A stretch of 64,000 bases of DNA, taken from Mobula hypostoma. Lineage: Eukaryota. The translations under genes and the position numbers were made by a program. The stretch lies in contig NC_086097.1 of NCBI RefSeq assembly GCF_963921235.1, positions 224,194,001 through 224,258,000 of the forward strand, read 5' to 3'. The notes beneath the pieces are model-generated. The model saw nothing but the letters and a program-made list of their open reading frames with translations, made no database searches and was not told where the DNA came from. Positions within the stretch are counted from its first letter, which is position 1; every line of letters begins with the position of its first letter. Shown piece by piece: positions 50,386 to 63,619 of this stretch.

Positions 50386-51514
50386 AGAAACATAGAAAAT
50401 AGATGCAGAAGAAGGCCATTTGGCCCTTTGAGCCTATACTGTCATTCAGTATGATCATGGCTGATCATCCAACTCAGAACCCTGTACCTGCCTTCTCTCC
50501 ATACCCCCGATCCCTTTAGCCACAAGGGCCATATCTAACTCCCTCTTAAATATAGCCAATGAACTGGCCTCAACTGTTTCCTGTGGCAGAGAATTCCACA
50601 GAATCACCACTCTCTGTGTGAAGAAGTTTTTCCTCATCTTGGTCCTAAAAGGCTTCCCCTTTATCCTCAAACTGTGACCCCTCGTTCTGGACTTCCCCAA
50701 CATCGGGAACAATCTTCCTTCATCTAGCCTGTCCAATCCCTTTAGAATTTTATATGTTTCAATCAGATCTCCCTTCAATCTTCTAAATTCCAGAGAGTAC
50801 AAACCTAGTCGATCCAGTCTTTCATCACATGAAAGTCCTGCCATCCCAGGAATCTATCTGGTGAACCTTCTTTGTACTCCCTCTATGGCAAGAATGTCTT
50901 TCCTCAGATTAGGGGACCAAAACTGCACACAATACTCCAGGTGAGGTCTCACCAAGGCCTTGTACAACTGCAGTACTACCTCCCTGCTCCTGTACTTGAA
51001 TCCTCTTGCTATGAATGCCAGCATACCATTCCCCTTTTTCTCCACCTGCTGTACCTGCATGTCCACTTTCAATGACTGGTGTACAATGACACCCAGGTCT
51101 CGTTGCACCTCCCCTTTTCCTAATCGGCCACCATTCAGATAATAATCTGTTTTCCTGTTTTTGCCACCAAAGTGGATAACCTCATATTTATTCACATTAA
51201 GCTGCATCTGCCATGAATTTGCCCACTCACCTAACCTATCCAAGTCACCCTGCATCCTCTTAGCATCCTCCTCACAGCTAACACTGCTGCCCAGCTTCGT
51301 GTCATCCGCAGATTTGGAGATACTGCATTTAATTCCCTCGTCTAAGTCATTAATATATATTGTAAACGACTGGGGTCCCAGCACTGAGCCTTGCAATACC
51401 CCACTAGTCACTGCCTGCCATTCTGAAAAGGTCCCGTTTATTCCCACTCTTTGCTTCCTGTCTGCCAACCAATTCTCTATCCACATCAATATCATACCCC
51501 CAATACTGTGTGCT
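50386..51514 (-). mobile_element. young 5'-truncated CR1
   Basis: Long minus ORFs SGVLQGSVLGP, SADDTK, VRPHLEYCVQFWSP; (ATAGAAAC)n tail; TSD TTAT. Confidence 0.93.
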
Positions 51515-54500
51515 TTATGATTTTTCAGCAGCACGTTTATACTTCCCAAGAACATGGCATGCTAGTGCATTTCTTACGCAGACAAAAGAAGGAGGAGTTA
51601 TTTGAATGACAGTTGATACTCAGTACGGTGAAATAAGTAGGAGGTCAGATGATATAGACCTCAGTCACATGTTTTGGACACTGAATGAGCTTTGTTGTGC
51701 CCACAGAAAAAGTGGGTTTTTGGAGGATCGATCAGGTGGATCGCTCAGTCGCTCTTGCAGTGAGGAAAGGGATTGACTGGTGGGGAGTTGACCATGTGTC
51801 CACCCTTGCCTGGATTGATTGCTCCACCACAGAAAACCAGTCCCCTTTGTTGAAGTCACAGTCGGTGACTTTTAAAGGATTTCGGAGGACAATGAGAAGA
51901 TCGACGAGGTCAGATCAACTGAAGACTCAAAACTCTCCCTCTCTCCCTCTCCATCACTAATCAACTCAACACCATGAACTGAACTGAACTTTACTCATCA
52001 TCGTAAGACTGTATCTTTTAACCCCTAGACTTGAAGAAGCTTGGTTTATCATATATTTCCACATTTACTGATTTACTTACTTACATATATAATCATTGCT
52101 AACCTGTTTGATTTATCTACATTTATATTACTGTATTGTGTAGTTACTAATGAATATTATTAGTTAATAGCAATACTGGACTCCAAAGTGTTTTCCATCT
52201 CTGCTGGTTCTTTAACCCGTCGTGGGGTACGTGACAGTAGATAGATGCTTCGTGATGTGTATATACTGGACTGCTTGATGGAGGTGTAGCAGGTCTCAGA
52301 GAACGAGTCTTCAGTACCACAGCCTGGATGTTTTTGAACCACATCGACTTTCTTCTATCCAGTGTACTTAACCACTTCTTGACGCCAGGTGGACAGTATT
52401 GACTTAGCTGAAGATTGGCATCTGTATGTTGGGAATTAGTGTATTGTGCACTAGGCACTTCCAAATGATGGTGATTGTAAACACTTCCAGTTTTCAGCCC
52501 TGACCTATTGCATTCATGTCCCTTTCCCTTGTAAGGTGTTTAATTGTCCACCATCATTCATAACTGAGTACGGTAAAACAGCTGAGCTATGATCTGATCT
52601 GATGGTTGTAAACATGCTTAGTTCTGACTACAGCATAAGCTTATTCTGTTCAGTGCACATATAATGTTATGTTAAAGCCTCAGCAGGTTGGCATTTCATT
52701 TTCATATCTAAGTTTCTAACCTGGCTTGATGGAAACAGTAGAAAATATCAGGTTAGAAGCTTATGGTGAAATATAAATTTCCTGGTCCACAAAATCTCAT
52801 TGATGACCAGTTTGGAACTGTCAGACACATGAATCTGTTCATATTATTGTTGTGGTAGTGTCACACGATGTATTTAAGGATGTCATCACTATGAAATGGG
52901 CTCTAATATGTTTCTATTAACATTCTCATGCTATAACAGTAGTGGAGGATTGAAGAGGATAATACTTAATCAGTTTTCCCATAATTTGCTTCTCTTCCCG
53001 CCTGTTGTAGACCCAGTCTGACATCATGTGTTCTGGGACTTAGCCAGTTTGTTCATGGGTGGCATTGATACCGAGTTCCTCATAATGATGCATATTGAGA
53101 GCTTTGACTCAGGGAATTTTCTGTGTCCTTCCTGTTTCCAGTGCTCTTTCTAAGTCTTGCGTAACAAGGAAGACTGATTTATTTTCTGAGAATGAGTATA
53201 ATCTTTACAAGCACAAGAGATTCTGCAGATGCTGGAAATCTTTACCTATGTTTGACCTGATACCAAAGGACGTCAATGGATGCAGTGCCAGCTTTGAGGA
53301 CTCTCGGAACAATTTATTTCCTTTTGAGTGCTATTGCTAGTGGGAGAAATCCGTGTCATTGGGTAATGTGAGGATCATTATCCAGGTTGATTTTCGACTG
53401 TTTATGGGACAGTTCCCTCAGTTTTGGCAAGGCCATACAGATCCATGAGAAGAACTTTGCAGGGTTGACTGGGTTGGGTGTGTCTTTGTTTTAAATCAAA
53501 TCCCATGCCAAGTTTGATGCTGTGTGGTCTGTCCAGTTTATTTTCTTTTATATAACCCAAAAAGCTTGCTCGACCTTTTCAGAGGACAGTTAAGAACAAC
53601 AGTTCTGTGCATCTGCAATCATCAGACCTGACAACTTACTGGGTCTGACTTGGATACATTGCAGACACTGGGTCATCTGAACTCAGCGGCCCCATGTGCT
53701 GACCCAGATACAACCATATTGGGCAGTAGCCAGTGCTCCAGCTGATTCATACAACCCTGAAGTATGGGCGAGGGCTATGTTTATGCCAGCTGGTGCCCAG
53801 GCCTAAAATATCTAAGCAACCATCCCCTCCTCCTGCCTGCCCCAGATCCTTCTTAACTATATAAGGCATTCCTACTTTTATTCAACAATTAACTCTTTTC
53901 TGCCTCATCTATTTTAGTGAAAACAATGCCAGCCTAACTAGTCTTCTCATAACAAAACTACCGCCAGCATGACTTTGTAAATCACTTCTTTATCCCCGAA
54001 AATGCTATCACATAAATTAATGACCAAACCATGCACAATACACTGATGACCTAAGTAGTCTATTTCCCAGATCCAACGTAAGTATAATTTGGCTACCTTT
54101 CAGAATCTACGGACATCTGGTCCACAATCCTTCCATTCATTCATCCTTCTCAATAACATACCATTTTTGGAGTATTCATGTGCTGTACTTGCCCTCTCCA
54201 GCTGCATTCTTCCCAGACCTGGAACCATTTGCCACTATCCACTCAACCTTCTGAAGGCAACAACCTTCTTTCTTACTAACGCCACACAGATGATTTTTGT
54301 TTCATCTGCAGAATTCCTCATCATATCTGTTATGTTTCGAAACTCCAAAATAATTAATTTAAAGAAAATCATGGGAGTCGATGTGTCTACTTAATTTTAC
54401 TTTTGGGAGGCATTCACGTGTGACATGGTGGCGTAATGATGTATGCCATTCGCATACTTCTTACGTATAACTCATAATAAATTATCTAAGTGTAACACGC

Positions 54501-55399
54501 TGTAAGGTTTCATTGCTAATGTAATGGCTTCTCTGTAATGTTCTACTGCTAAGGTAATAGTTTTGGGTTATGACTGGAGATAACAGGACATGTTAGCCAA
54601 TGAGTGGGATGTTGTTCTTTCTTGTGTGTCTGGGAGCCAGGAATTCGCAGTCTTTTGCCGTGGAGAGATGGGGAGAGAAGGTGCGAATGGAGAGAGTTGG
54701 TAGACAGCTGGACGGAGTGGACTTGGAGCGAGGGTCCGAAGGTTAGCGATGATCGGAGGAGGTCAATGGTGGACAAACGGCTTATCAATGAGCTCCAAAA
54801 TTGTTTCATGAGAATGGATCCTTTTTTTGTTTTCTTTACTAACCATAGAGTCAAATTAAGAATTATAAAAATCAATCGTTTAATTACATATTGTGTACTG
54901 TTTGTTATTTTGTGGTGCTGATTTGTAACAGGGGACACATTGCACAGCGTCCACCCAAACAAGATTTCTTACGTGTGGCTGGGACGAGGGGAGACGGGGG
55001 GAGCCATCATCCCCCTATATTAAGCCGCTAGTTGAAGCGTGAGTTACAATTGTGGAGGCTACGTTCAGGATTGATTCCATTGGATGCTGTGTGATTACCC
55101 TGAGCATTGAACCAGTGGGGTAGATATTTGTACTCCAGATGAATTGTTAATTTGCCTGTTATGTATTGTTAAAGTTGCGATTGTTGGTGCAGGTTTGGTA
55201 ACATGGTTGGCGCAGCTCTCGTTTTAATGCAGACCAGCACTGACATAGATGTAGCTGAGGGTGGAGATTTCAAAGGCAGGGTTCGATCGTTTCTGAGGAG
55301 TGAGGGGAAGGAGTGGTCAGATTTGAAATGTCTAATTAGTCCATGCCCCCAGTGAAGAGTAAGAATTCTGAGTTAGTATCTGCCCTTACCTTTCTGGCG

Positions 55400-55900
55400 A
55401 ATAAATGGAAAAATCAGGTTCAAAGTCTCTGCTATAGTAGGGTCCGCCTATTCTCTGGAATAATGTCCACCCCTAAAGTGGAGGAGGAGTATGAGACTTG
55501 TGTGGTGCAGACCTCTCAGTTGTGAGATGAGTGTCAGTGCTCTGATGACGTAAAGCGACAGAGATTGGTTGAAAGTTTGAGTGGGCGGGCCGCTGACGTT
55601 GTGAGAGTCGTCAGCTTGAAGTATCCGCTAGGAACCATGAGCGATTACCTGCAGGCACTGGAAAGCTCTTTTGGCCCAACGGGAAGCCCAATGGAGCTCC
55701 TGGTGGGGTTTCAGAACATGCGTCAGGAGAAGTGGGAGAAGCCTTCTGCTTTTATCTTTCGGCTAGAGAGGCAGCTAAATTTCTTGCGGCGCAGAGGGGT
55801 CATTCAGGCAGCTTAGGTGGATCAGTTAGGAATGGACCAGATAGCCAGGGGTACCCAGTCCCATGACCTGATTGCTTGTGGTCTCTGACAGTCTCGTAAG
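55400..55900 (+). pseudogene. gag: PNMA/Ma-family Gypsy gag capsid remnant
   Basis: YSRVRLFSGIMSTPKVEEEYETCVVQTSQL*DECQCSDDVKRQRLVESLSG..YLQALESSFG. Confidence 0.82.
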
Positions 55901-56513
55901 ACACGCCCCTCTCCATCTTTTGTTGAGGAGAACGCGTTAGAAACACGGGAGGGCTCTGTCAGCAGGTACAGTCCTCGATAGTAGTCCCCTGCGGTGAAGT
56001 GACCACAGATAGCCTACCCCGGGGAGCAGTAGAGGAGATTGTGGCAGACTTGAGAACGGAGATATGTCGGCTGTTATCAGCGGTGTGACCCCCCCCCCAT
56101 ATGATGGAGCTGATGGGGGCAAGGCGGATTCCCCAAGGGGACAAATAATGCGGAGGGCTGCTGGCAGCAGGTGTCACGCCAGAAGGAGAGTGAGCCCCCA
56201 GGTACCTAAGCAGAGAGAGTTGTGGGGAAAATTTAGAGAAGACCCAGTGAGGGAACGGCCTGGTGTTTCTGGGGGAACATGTTTCCAGCAATGTACCACG
56301 GAACCCCCGAAAGCTAAAGGCCCAATTCCTGAAGGCTTAGTGGGACCATACTCCAGTGTGTTGCTACAGATAGAGGGTATTTGTGCCAAAGCCATACTCG
56401 ACACTGGGTTGCAGGTCATGTTGTTGTACTGTTCATTTTACACCAGTTATCTGAAGCATTTATCATTGACCCCATTCAAGGTACTGGAGATCTGGGGGCT
56501 TAGTGCTGGTGAT

Positions 56514-58037
56514 TAGATTAGATTAGATTCAACTTTATTGTCATTGTGCCAAGTACAGATACAAAGCCAATGAAATGCAGTTAGCATCTAACCAGAAATA
56601 CAAAGAATAGTGTTATTTACAAAATAACTGCGAATAAAAAGAATAAAACGTAAGTGCTACAGCACACAAATATAAAAGTACTGAGACAGTACAATATGGG
56701 TGCAGTACTGCTTAGCGCTGTGGTGTGAGGTTCAGCAGTGCCACAGCCTCAGGGAAGAAGCTCTTCCTGTACCTGCTGGTGTGGGAGTGGAGGCTCCTGT
56801 AGCACCTACCAGATGGGAGGAGAGTAAAAAGTCCATGGTTAGGGTGAGGTGCATCCTTGATAATGCTTTTCGCCCTGCCCAGGCAGCGTTTATGGTAGAT
56901 GTTCTCAATGGTGGGCAATTGGGTGCCGATAATCCACTGGGAAATTTTCACCACACGCTGGAGTGCTTTGCGGTCCGATACGGGACAATTGCCATACCAC
57001 ACTGAGATGCAGTTGGTGAGTATGCTCTCGATGGTACAGCGGTAAAAGTCCATCAGTATCCTGCGACAGAGGTAAGCTTTCTTGATGCTCTGCAGGAAAT
57101 AAAGACGCTGTTGCACCTTTTTTATCAGGATGGAGGAGTTCAGGGACCAGGTGAGATCCTCGGAAATGTGGACACCAAGGAATTTGAAGCTTGATACACG
57201 CTCCACTACAACTCGGTTGATGTAGATGGGGATGTGAGTGTGGCTCCTATCATGCCTGAAGTCCACAATGATCTCCTTGGTCTTCTGGGTGTTAAGGGCC
57301 AGATTGTTGTCAGCACACCACGCGGCCAGGTGCTGGACCTCATCCCTGCAGGCCACCTCGTCATCCCCTCTGATCAGACCAACCACTGTGGTGTCGTCTG
57401 AAAACTTGATTATGGAGTTAGAACCATGTACAGGAACTCAGTCATAGGTGAAAAGGGAGTACAGAAGAGGGATCAGCACACAACCTTGAGCCATGCCAGT
57501 GTTCAGGGTGAGAGTGGAGGAGGAGAGGTTGTCTAACTTAACTGATTGGGGTCTGTTAGTCAGAAAGTCCAAGGTCCAATTGCAGAGGGATGAACTGATA
57601 CCAAGCTGACAAAGTTTGGCGATCAGCTTGGAGGGGATCACAGTATTGAATGCTGAACTAAAGTCAATGAACAGCAGTCTGACATAAGAGTTGGGGCTGT
57701 TCGGGTGGGTCAGGGCAGAGTGAAGTGCCGTGGAGATGGCGTCCTCTGTTGACCTGTTAGTGCGATAGGCAAATTGATGGGGGTCCAGGGTAGTGGGCAG
57801 ACAGGATTTCAGATGTGATAGAACCAGTCTCTCAAAGCACTTTGCAATGATGGGGGTGAGTGCAACTGGGCGGAAGTCATTCAGGCTCATGGCAGTGGAA
57901 TGCTTCAGCACTGGCACGACGGTGGCAATCTTGAAGCTTGTGGAGACAACTGCCTGAGCCAGGGACAGATTAAGAATGTCCATGAAGACCCCGGCCAACT
58001 GCCCTGCCCAGACCCTGAGCACACGGCCAGGTATTCC
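56514..58037 (-). mobile_element. young Rex1 LINE (5'-truncated) inserted in the Gypsy protease
   Basis: [54 protein letters not shown]; (TAATC)n tail. Host frame GLSAGD|YRYDG is split by it. Confidence 0.93.
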
Positions 58038-60647
58038 ATTATCGGTATGATGGACATTTGCCAGTGAAACTGGAGTTCTCAGAGGCCGATGTGGGAGTGT
58101 CTGAGGTCCTTGATACATTAGTGCCGATTTGTCCGGACCCTGTTGAGAAGGGCGGCCTTTCAATTCTGTTGGGGACCAACACCCCTCTTGTGAAGAGGCT
58201 CATGGGGGCCTGCAAGGAAAAGGCTGGTGAGAGCTTTCTGGGAACATTGTCCGTGCACCTGATGTTTCGAGCTGCTTTTGAGGAAGTGCGTGGCTGCATT
58301 AGGCCAGATACCGAATTTAGATGAGGGACCGTGTGGTTCACCCAGTTGAAGCCAATGGTAGTACGGCTCGGGGAAGTAGCGAGAGTGATGGGGACACCCA
58401 AATTTCCCGGAGTGCCTGAGGGTGAGGCCTTCTTAGTGGATGCTCCGGAAGACCATGAGGGGAAGTTGGGATTTCCTGCTGGGGTACTGGTGAGGCCCGA
58501 ATTGCAGAAGCCCTCGGTTGTACAGGTGAGCAGGATGGCAGTGATCGTCAGGAACACTACGAAGAGGGAGGTCACCTTTAAGTGAGGGATGCCCCTGGCA
58601 CATTTGTTCCCGGTGACAGTAATGTCTTGTGTCTCTGTGAGACAAGCCGGGGAGAAAGGGGGAAGGTTGACCGCTGAGTCATTCAACTTCAGTGACTCCC
58701 CGGTTCCTGCGGGTTGGAAGAGGAGGTTGGTAGAGAAGATGTTGAAGCTGGAAGGTGTCTTTTCCACTGACGAGATCGATGTGGATTGTTCCAAGAGCAT
58801 GCATCACACTATCTGGGTGAATGAGGATATCCCGTTTAGAGGAAGGTTGTGGCAACTGGCCCCTACAGAGGTGGAGGATATTCGGCAGCATTTGTGTAAG
58901 TTGAAGGAAGCTGGGATCATCACCGAGTCCCAAAGCCCCTATGTGTCCCCAATAGTAGTGACCCAAAAGAAGGATGGGAATGTACAGATTTGTATGGATT
59001 ATAGGACTCTGAACAGGTGTACCATCCCTGACCAGTATACTGTCCCGAGGATTGAAGGTGTGGTGGCCTGCCTGAGTGGTGCGAAGTGGTTCAGTGTGCT
59101 GGACTTGAGGAGTGGATATTACCAGATCCCCATGAGTGAGGCTGACAAAGAGAAAATGGCATTTATATGTCCCCTGGGATTTTTCCAGTTTGAAAGGATG
59201 CCTCAACGCATTTAGGGAGCTCCTGCAACCTTCTAGCAGGTCATGGAGAAGACAGTGGGGGATATGAACTTGCTTGAGATATTGGCATATCTGGATGACC
59301 ACATAGTATTTGGATCCACTTTGGAAGAACATGAAGTGAGGCTGCTGAAGGTGCTGGGCCACCTGAAAGCTGAAGGGTTAAAACTTCCCCTGGACAAGTG
59401 CCAGTTCTGCCAAATATCTGTTGGCTATGTTAGGCACATAGTCTTATGGATTGGAGTAGCTACGGATCCAGCTAAGATAGAGGCGGTTATCACTTTTCCA
59501 AGACCTCAGACTGCGAGCGCTTTGCGCTCGTTCCTGGGGTTCTGTGGTTACTATTGGAGGTTCGTGAAAGACTACGCGAAAGTGAGTCACCCGTTGAATC
59601 AGCTTCTGTGCGGTTACCCTTCCTTGGGGAAGAAAGGGAGGGGGGGGAAAAAGGACAGGAGGGTGGAGAGTATCTTAGCCCATCGGAGCCCTTTGGGCTG
59701 AGCTGGGATGCAAAATGTGAGGAGGCCTTTCAGTCACTGAAGGAACTGCTAACTCAGGCACCAGTGCTGGCTTTTGCGGACCCCCGATTGCCGTATGTAC
59801 TGCACATGGATGCCAGCCAAGAGGGTTTAGGGGGCGTCCTGTGTCAGGATCAGGGCACTGGGTTGAGGCCCCTTGTGTTTGTCAGCCGGAGTCTGTCGCC
59901 GTTTTGAGAAAAACTATCCCACCCACAAGTTGGAATTTTGACGTTGAAATGAGCTGTGGTGGGTAACTGAGTGACTACCTCTATGGGGCCAAGTCTGAGG
60001 TGAGGATGGACAACAACCACCTAACTGATATCCTAACCTCGACAAAACTGGATACCACAGGCTGTTGGTGGTTGGTGGCGTTGTCCGCCTATGATTTCAG
60101 CCTGAAATACCGGCTGGGGAGCCGGAACATTGATGCTGATGCTTTGTCCCGACTGGCACATGAGGGACTGGTCAGGGACAAGGAGTGGGAGAGCGTTCCT
60201 GCCCCGGGAGTGAAGGCCATGTGTCAGTTTGCCATCACCGTGAAGGCAGACGGAAAGGAGGGGCAGGATCGAGCGGTGGATCAATTGGGATCTTCTGATG
60301 ACTCCATTCACCAAGTTTACTGTAACCTGACTGCTCTGAAGACAAATCAGCTTCCAGAATTGATTTCTGGGGAGGTGGCAGCTGCTCAGCAAGACGACCT
60401 GGGCATTGGTACCATTTAGTCAGTGGTCGAAAAGGGAGACATGGATCAGGCGGAGAAGATGAAGCACGCAATGTTGCCTCCATTGCTGCAAGAATGATCT
60501 TATTTGGAGTTGAAGAACCAGATCTTATACAGGGTCACATCACCCCCAGGCCGACCTCAGTGTTGCCAGCTGGTTTTGCCCAAAAAGTATCGGAGGATTG
60601 TGTTGAAGTCACTTCATGATGATTCTGGACATTTTGGGGATGGAAAA

Positions 60648-61197
60648 TGTTGTGGCGTGGATGAAATCATCGGAGAGACAGAGTCACTGGTAGGTACAAA
60701 ACAGCTTCTTTATTCGACAACGCAAAGTACAGCAGGCATCATACCGATGGAGACACTTTCGGTAGAAAGGTCTGCTAGCCCAGTGTGGGCTTGATATTTA
60801 TATGCTAAACACAAAAGGCAATCGCTACTTTCAAAGTTATAGACAATGCTTCCTTTTGAAGCTACATACAAAACATCACACCTTCTGACTTCATCCTTTC
60901 CTCCTGACACCAACATGTCTGCGTTGGTACTCATAGCCTTTAGGAGCGCAAGTCAAATCCACAATACATTTATTTGGTATTTTACGTGCTAACATGGAGG
61001 ACAATTAATATTTATAAAGTATAGATAATACTGTCTTCGAAACTACAGCATCTGGTCAAACTACGGCGTCTGGTATTCACAGCTTTTAGGAAATGCATTG
61101 CTGTGAACTCAATCCACAGTACTTTGTCAAATACAAGACTGGTGGCCAGGGTCATTTAAGTGTAAATGAATCATCTACCCAAAAATTCACTCTAACA
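60648..61197 (-). repeat. ERV 3' LTR (550 bp)
   Basis: TGTT...AACA termini; minus-strand TATAAA 60797-60802 and AATAAA 60709-60714; tandem AAACTAC(A/G)GC(A/G)TCTGGT near 61040-61075. Confidence 0.88.
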
Positions 61198-61989
61198 GTC
61201 CCTCCTCTTGGCCCTCCTGGACAAAAATTAAATTTGTACCAGGAAAGGCCAACCTAGGGGGATCTGCTCAAATAGGGCTGCAAAAACGCCTGGTCTCAAA
61301 ATTCCCCCCTCAATTTTGTGTGCCTCGATATCTATCCTAGCATTCCCTAATCGCTACTTCCAAATGTTAAGCAGAGAGGCTGTTCCAAGTCTTTAGGAAA
61401 TGCGGCTCCTTTCGTGTGCCTGTCGGCTCTTTCCCTGCAGGCTGACTGCAGCTTAATCACATTCCTTTGTCATCAGCCCTTCATCCTCTGGCCGCTGAAA
61501 CTCTCCTTTAAGGAGCACCCACAGGCCTACTCATCGATGTACAGAAAGGGGTTGGGGTGGCCTCTATGTAAATGTCTGCAAGGACCTCTCCCCAGTGGCA
61601 CCCCCTTCTGAACCGTTCGGTCGATCACTGGCTCAACTGCTGAAAAGGGCCCAGCTCCTCTGACTGGGGGTGACTGCTTCCAGATGCCGTGTGCAGTCTG
61701 AAATGCCATCGAAGTGGTGGAACTTGTCGTCTCTACTTTAACTCAAAAATCCCTCCCCGTCTATTTCCCAATAATTTTCTATACAGTACCATGCTATAAA
61801 ATTAATCATCTACCTTCAGCAACCAGCTTACAGAGTACCATCATCATCACACTTCAGCAGGCTATTCATGGTTTTCCAACACATTCTCAGTGTCTTCTGC
61901 CACGTTCTCGGTGTTTTCTGCCTTTACGTTTCCTCTGGGTATGTTTTCATCAGCTGTGGTCAGGTCTGGCATGGCCGGCTGGTGTTCCT

Positions 61990-63025
61990 CTCCTAGGTTC
62001 TCTGTAATTACATGCTTACTGGGTACACTTGGTTCTCCGCTCTGTCTGTAGGAGCAACAAGAGGGTGAGTTGTATGCTTTATCCTGGGTCCAGTGTTTCC
62101 ACTGGCTGCCTCGCCGAGTCTGCACACAGACACATGTATCATTGGTTAAGAGTACCGTCTGTGGTCCTATCCACTTGGGGGAGAACCCCGGCCTTTCTGG
62201 CAGCACCCTCACCATAACTTGGTTGCCGCGCTGTGGAAAGACTATCCCCTTTCCCTCTGGCTCTATCTGATCAGTGATTCACTGCTGTTGTTTCGCTCGG
62301 TCCTTTAACACTTTAAGTTGGTTGCAAAGCTCTTTCACATATTGGGTCATTCTATCCCTGTTAGCCCCAGGCTCCCCACAACCCGTAATTACCCCATAAG
62401 GGAGTCGCATAGCTCGCCCCGTCAATAATTTGTAGGGGCTGAGACCCAACCTGCGGTTCAGGGTTGCGCGCAATCTCATCAGGATTCCTGGTAATACATC
62501 AACCCATGTCTTTCCTGTCTCAGCTATAGCTTTGGCTAACACATTCTTGATTGTTCGGTTCATCCTTTCTACCATCCCTGAACTCTTGGGGTGGTAGGGT
62601 ACGTGGAACCGTTGTCGAATCCCTAGCAGATGGCACATTTCCTTCATCACTTTCCCCGTGAAATGTGCTCCCTGATCTGAATCCACCTGAACTGGGGTTC
62701 CCCACCTTGGGAGGATTTCCTGAACTAGGATCCATGCAGTGGTGCGGGTGGTGCAGTCCCTTGTTGGGAAAGTCTCTACCCACCGAGTGAAGTGATCCAT
62801 AATTACTAGACAGTAGCTTTTCCCTCTGCTTTTTGGCAGGGGCCCTGTGAAGACTATCTGGATGTTTTCCCAGGGTCCCTTTGGCCGAGGCTGATTTGCC
62901 AGCTGTAGCTTTTTGCCCTTATCAGGGTTATGCTGGGCACAAATGATACAACGGCCACCACCACCAGTCCTGCCGGAGGGTTGTGATCATGCTCTGCCTT
63001 CCCTGATGCATCGCCCTATGATATA
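61990..63025 (-). pseudogene. pol: retroviral integrase (HHCC, DDE core, C-terminal domain) with a frameshift and a stop
   Basis: HRAMH...CIIC; 173-aa open core ORF 62279-62800; C-terminal PKWIGP..WKHWTQ. Confidence 0.85.
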
Positions 63026-63619
63026 ACTTCAGTAGTATCTGTCTAGTACAGGGTGGGGCCACCGTGACTGTTTCCTCCCCGTGTGTCCAGCACCCATCTG
63101 ATCCCTGCTTTGCTCCTTTTCTCCTCCATTTTTCCTTCTCTTCTGCCTCTACCTCTCCATTTAATTTTACTAAGCTGGCTTCTGTCGTTTCCTCCTGCAC
63201 ACTTGCAATTTCAATTGCCTCTTGTTCCTCTGCTGCCTTCTTCGCAGCAATGTCTGCTCTCAGAGGAACTGGGAGAACTTTATATTCTGGAGTGGCTGCA
63301 GTCTCTCTGAGTATCCCCTGGTGTTTTTGTTTCTTTGCTATACCCTGAACAGCAGTCAGTGTGTCAGTTTGTATATGGTCCTGCTTAGGGGGTTTATACA
63401 GACCCTCCTCTATTTTAACTGGGTTTATCTTCACCTGCCCACAATCTTGCTTGTCTCTAGCACACACAGATGGGAACTGCTGACAAGGTAATCCATAGAC
63501 CCCATCCTGGCTCCAGTCTCTGATCAGGGCGGCTGCGACTATGCTAGGCAGGTTGTGTATTCTGTTGGTTGTATGCATTTACTTCCATATGACTTGTCCA
63601 TATTATTTCTCCCTTTCCT

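Larger units (their letters stand above)
49391..52236 (+). mobile_element. solo LTR interrupted by a second solo LTR and a CR1
   Basis: TGTAATG...CGTGACA termini. Sequence rejoins across both insertions via TSDs TGTT and TTAT. Confidence 0.75.
49030..53620 (-). mobile_element. ancient non-LTR (L2/RTE-X-like) LINE remnant, split by the LTR block 49391-52236
   Basis: Minus VKKWLSTLDRRKSMWFKNIQAVVLKT (compare L..LD..KA.GPDNIP..VLK). Highly decayed; clade uncertain. Confidence 0.5.
54491..60647 (+). mobile_element. Gypsy LTR retrotransposon with PNMA-like gag, decayed; cut off by the ERV insertion
   Basis: 5' LTR 54491-55048 (TGTAAC...GTTACA); tRNA-Pro-like PBS TGGAGGCTACGTTCAGGAT; gag RVRLFSG..EEEYE..KRQRLVESL; PR ILDTG; RT DYRTLN, LDLRSGYYQI, YLDD; RNase H MDASQEGLGGVL, ADALSR; IN HDDSGH. 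Confidence 0.93.

Noticed and set aside
55343..55816. Host PNMA gene
   Set aside because: Contains stops and lies between an LTR/PBS and pol of a Gypsy element.
58039..59362. Long antisense ORFs (253 and 227 aa)
   Set aside because: Shadow frames of Gypsy pol with no independent motifs.
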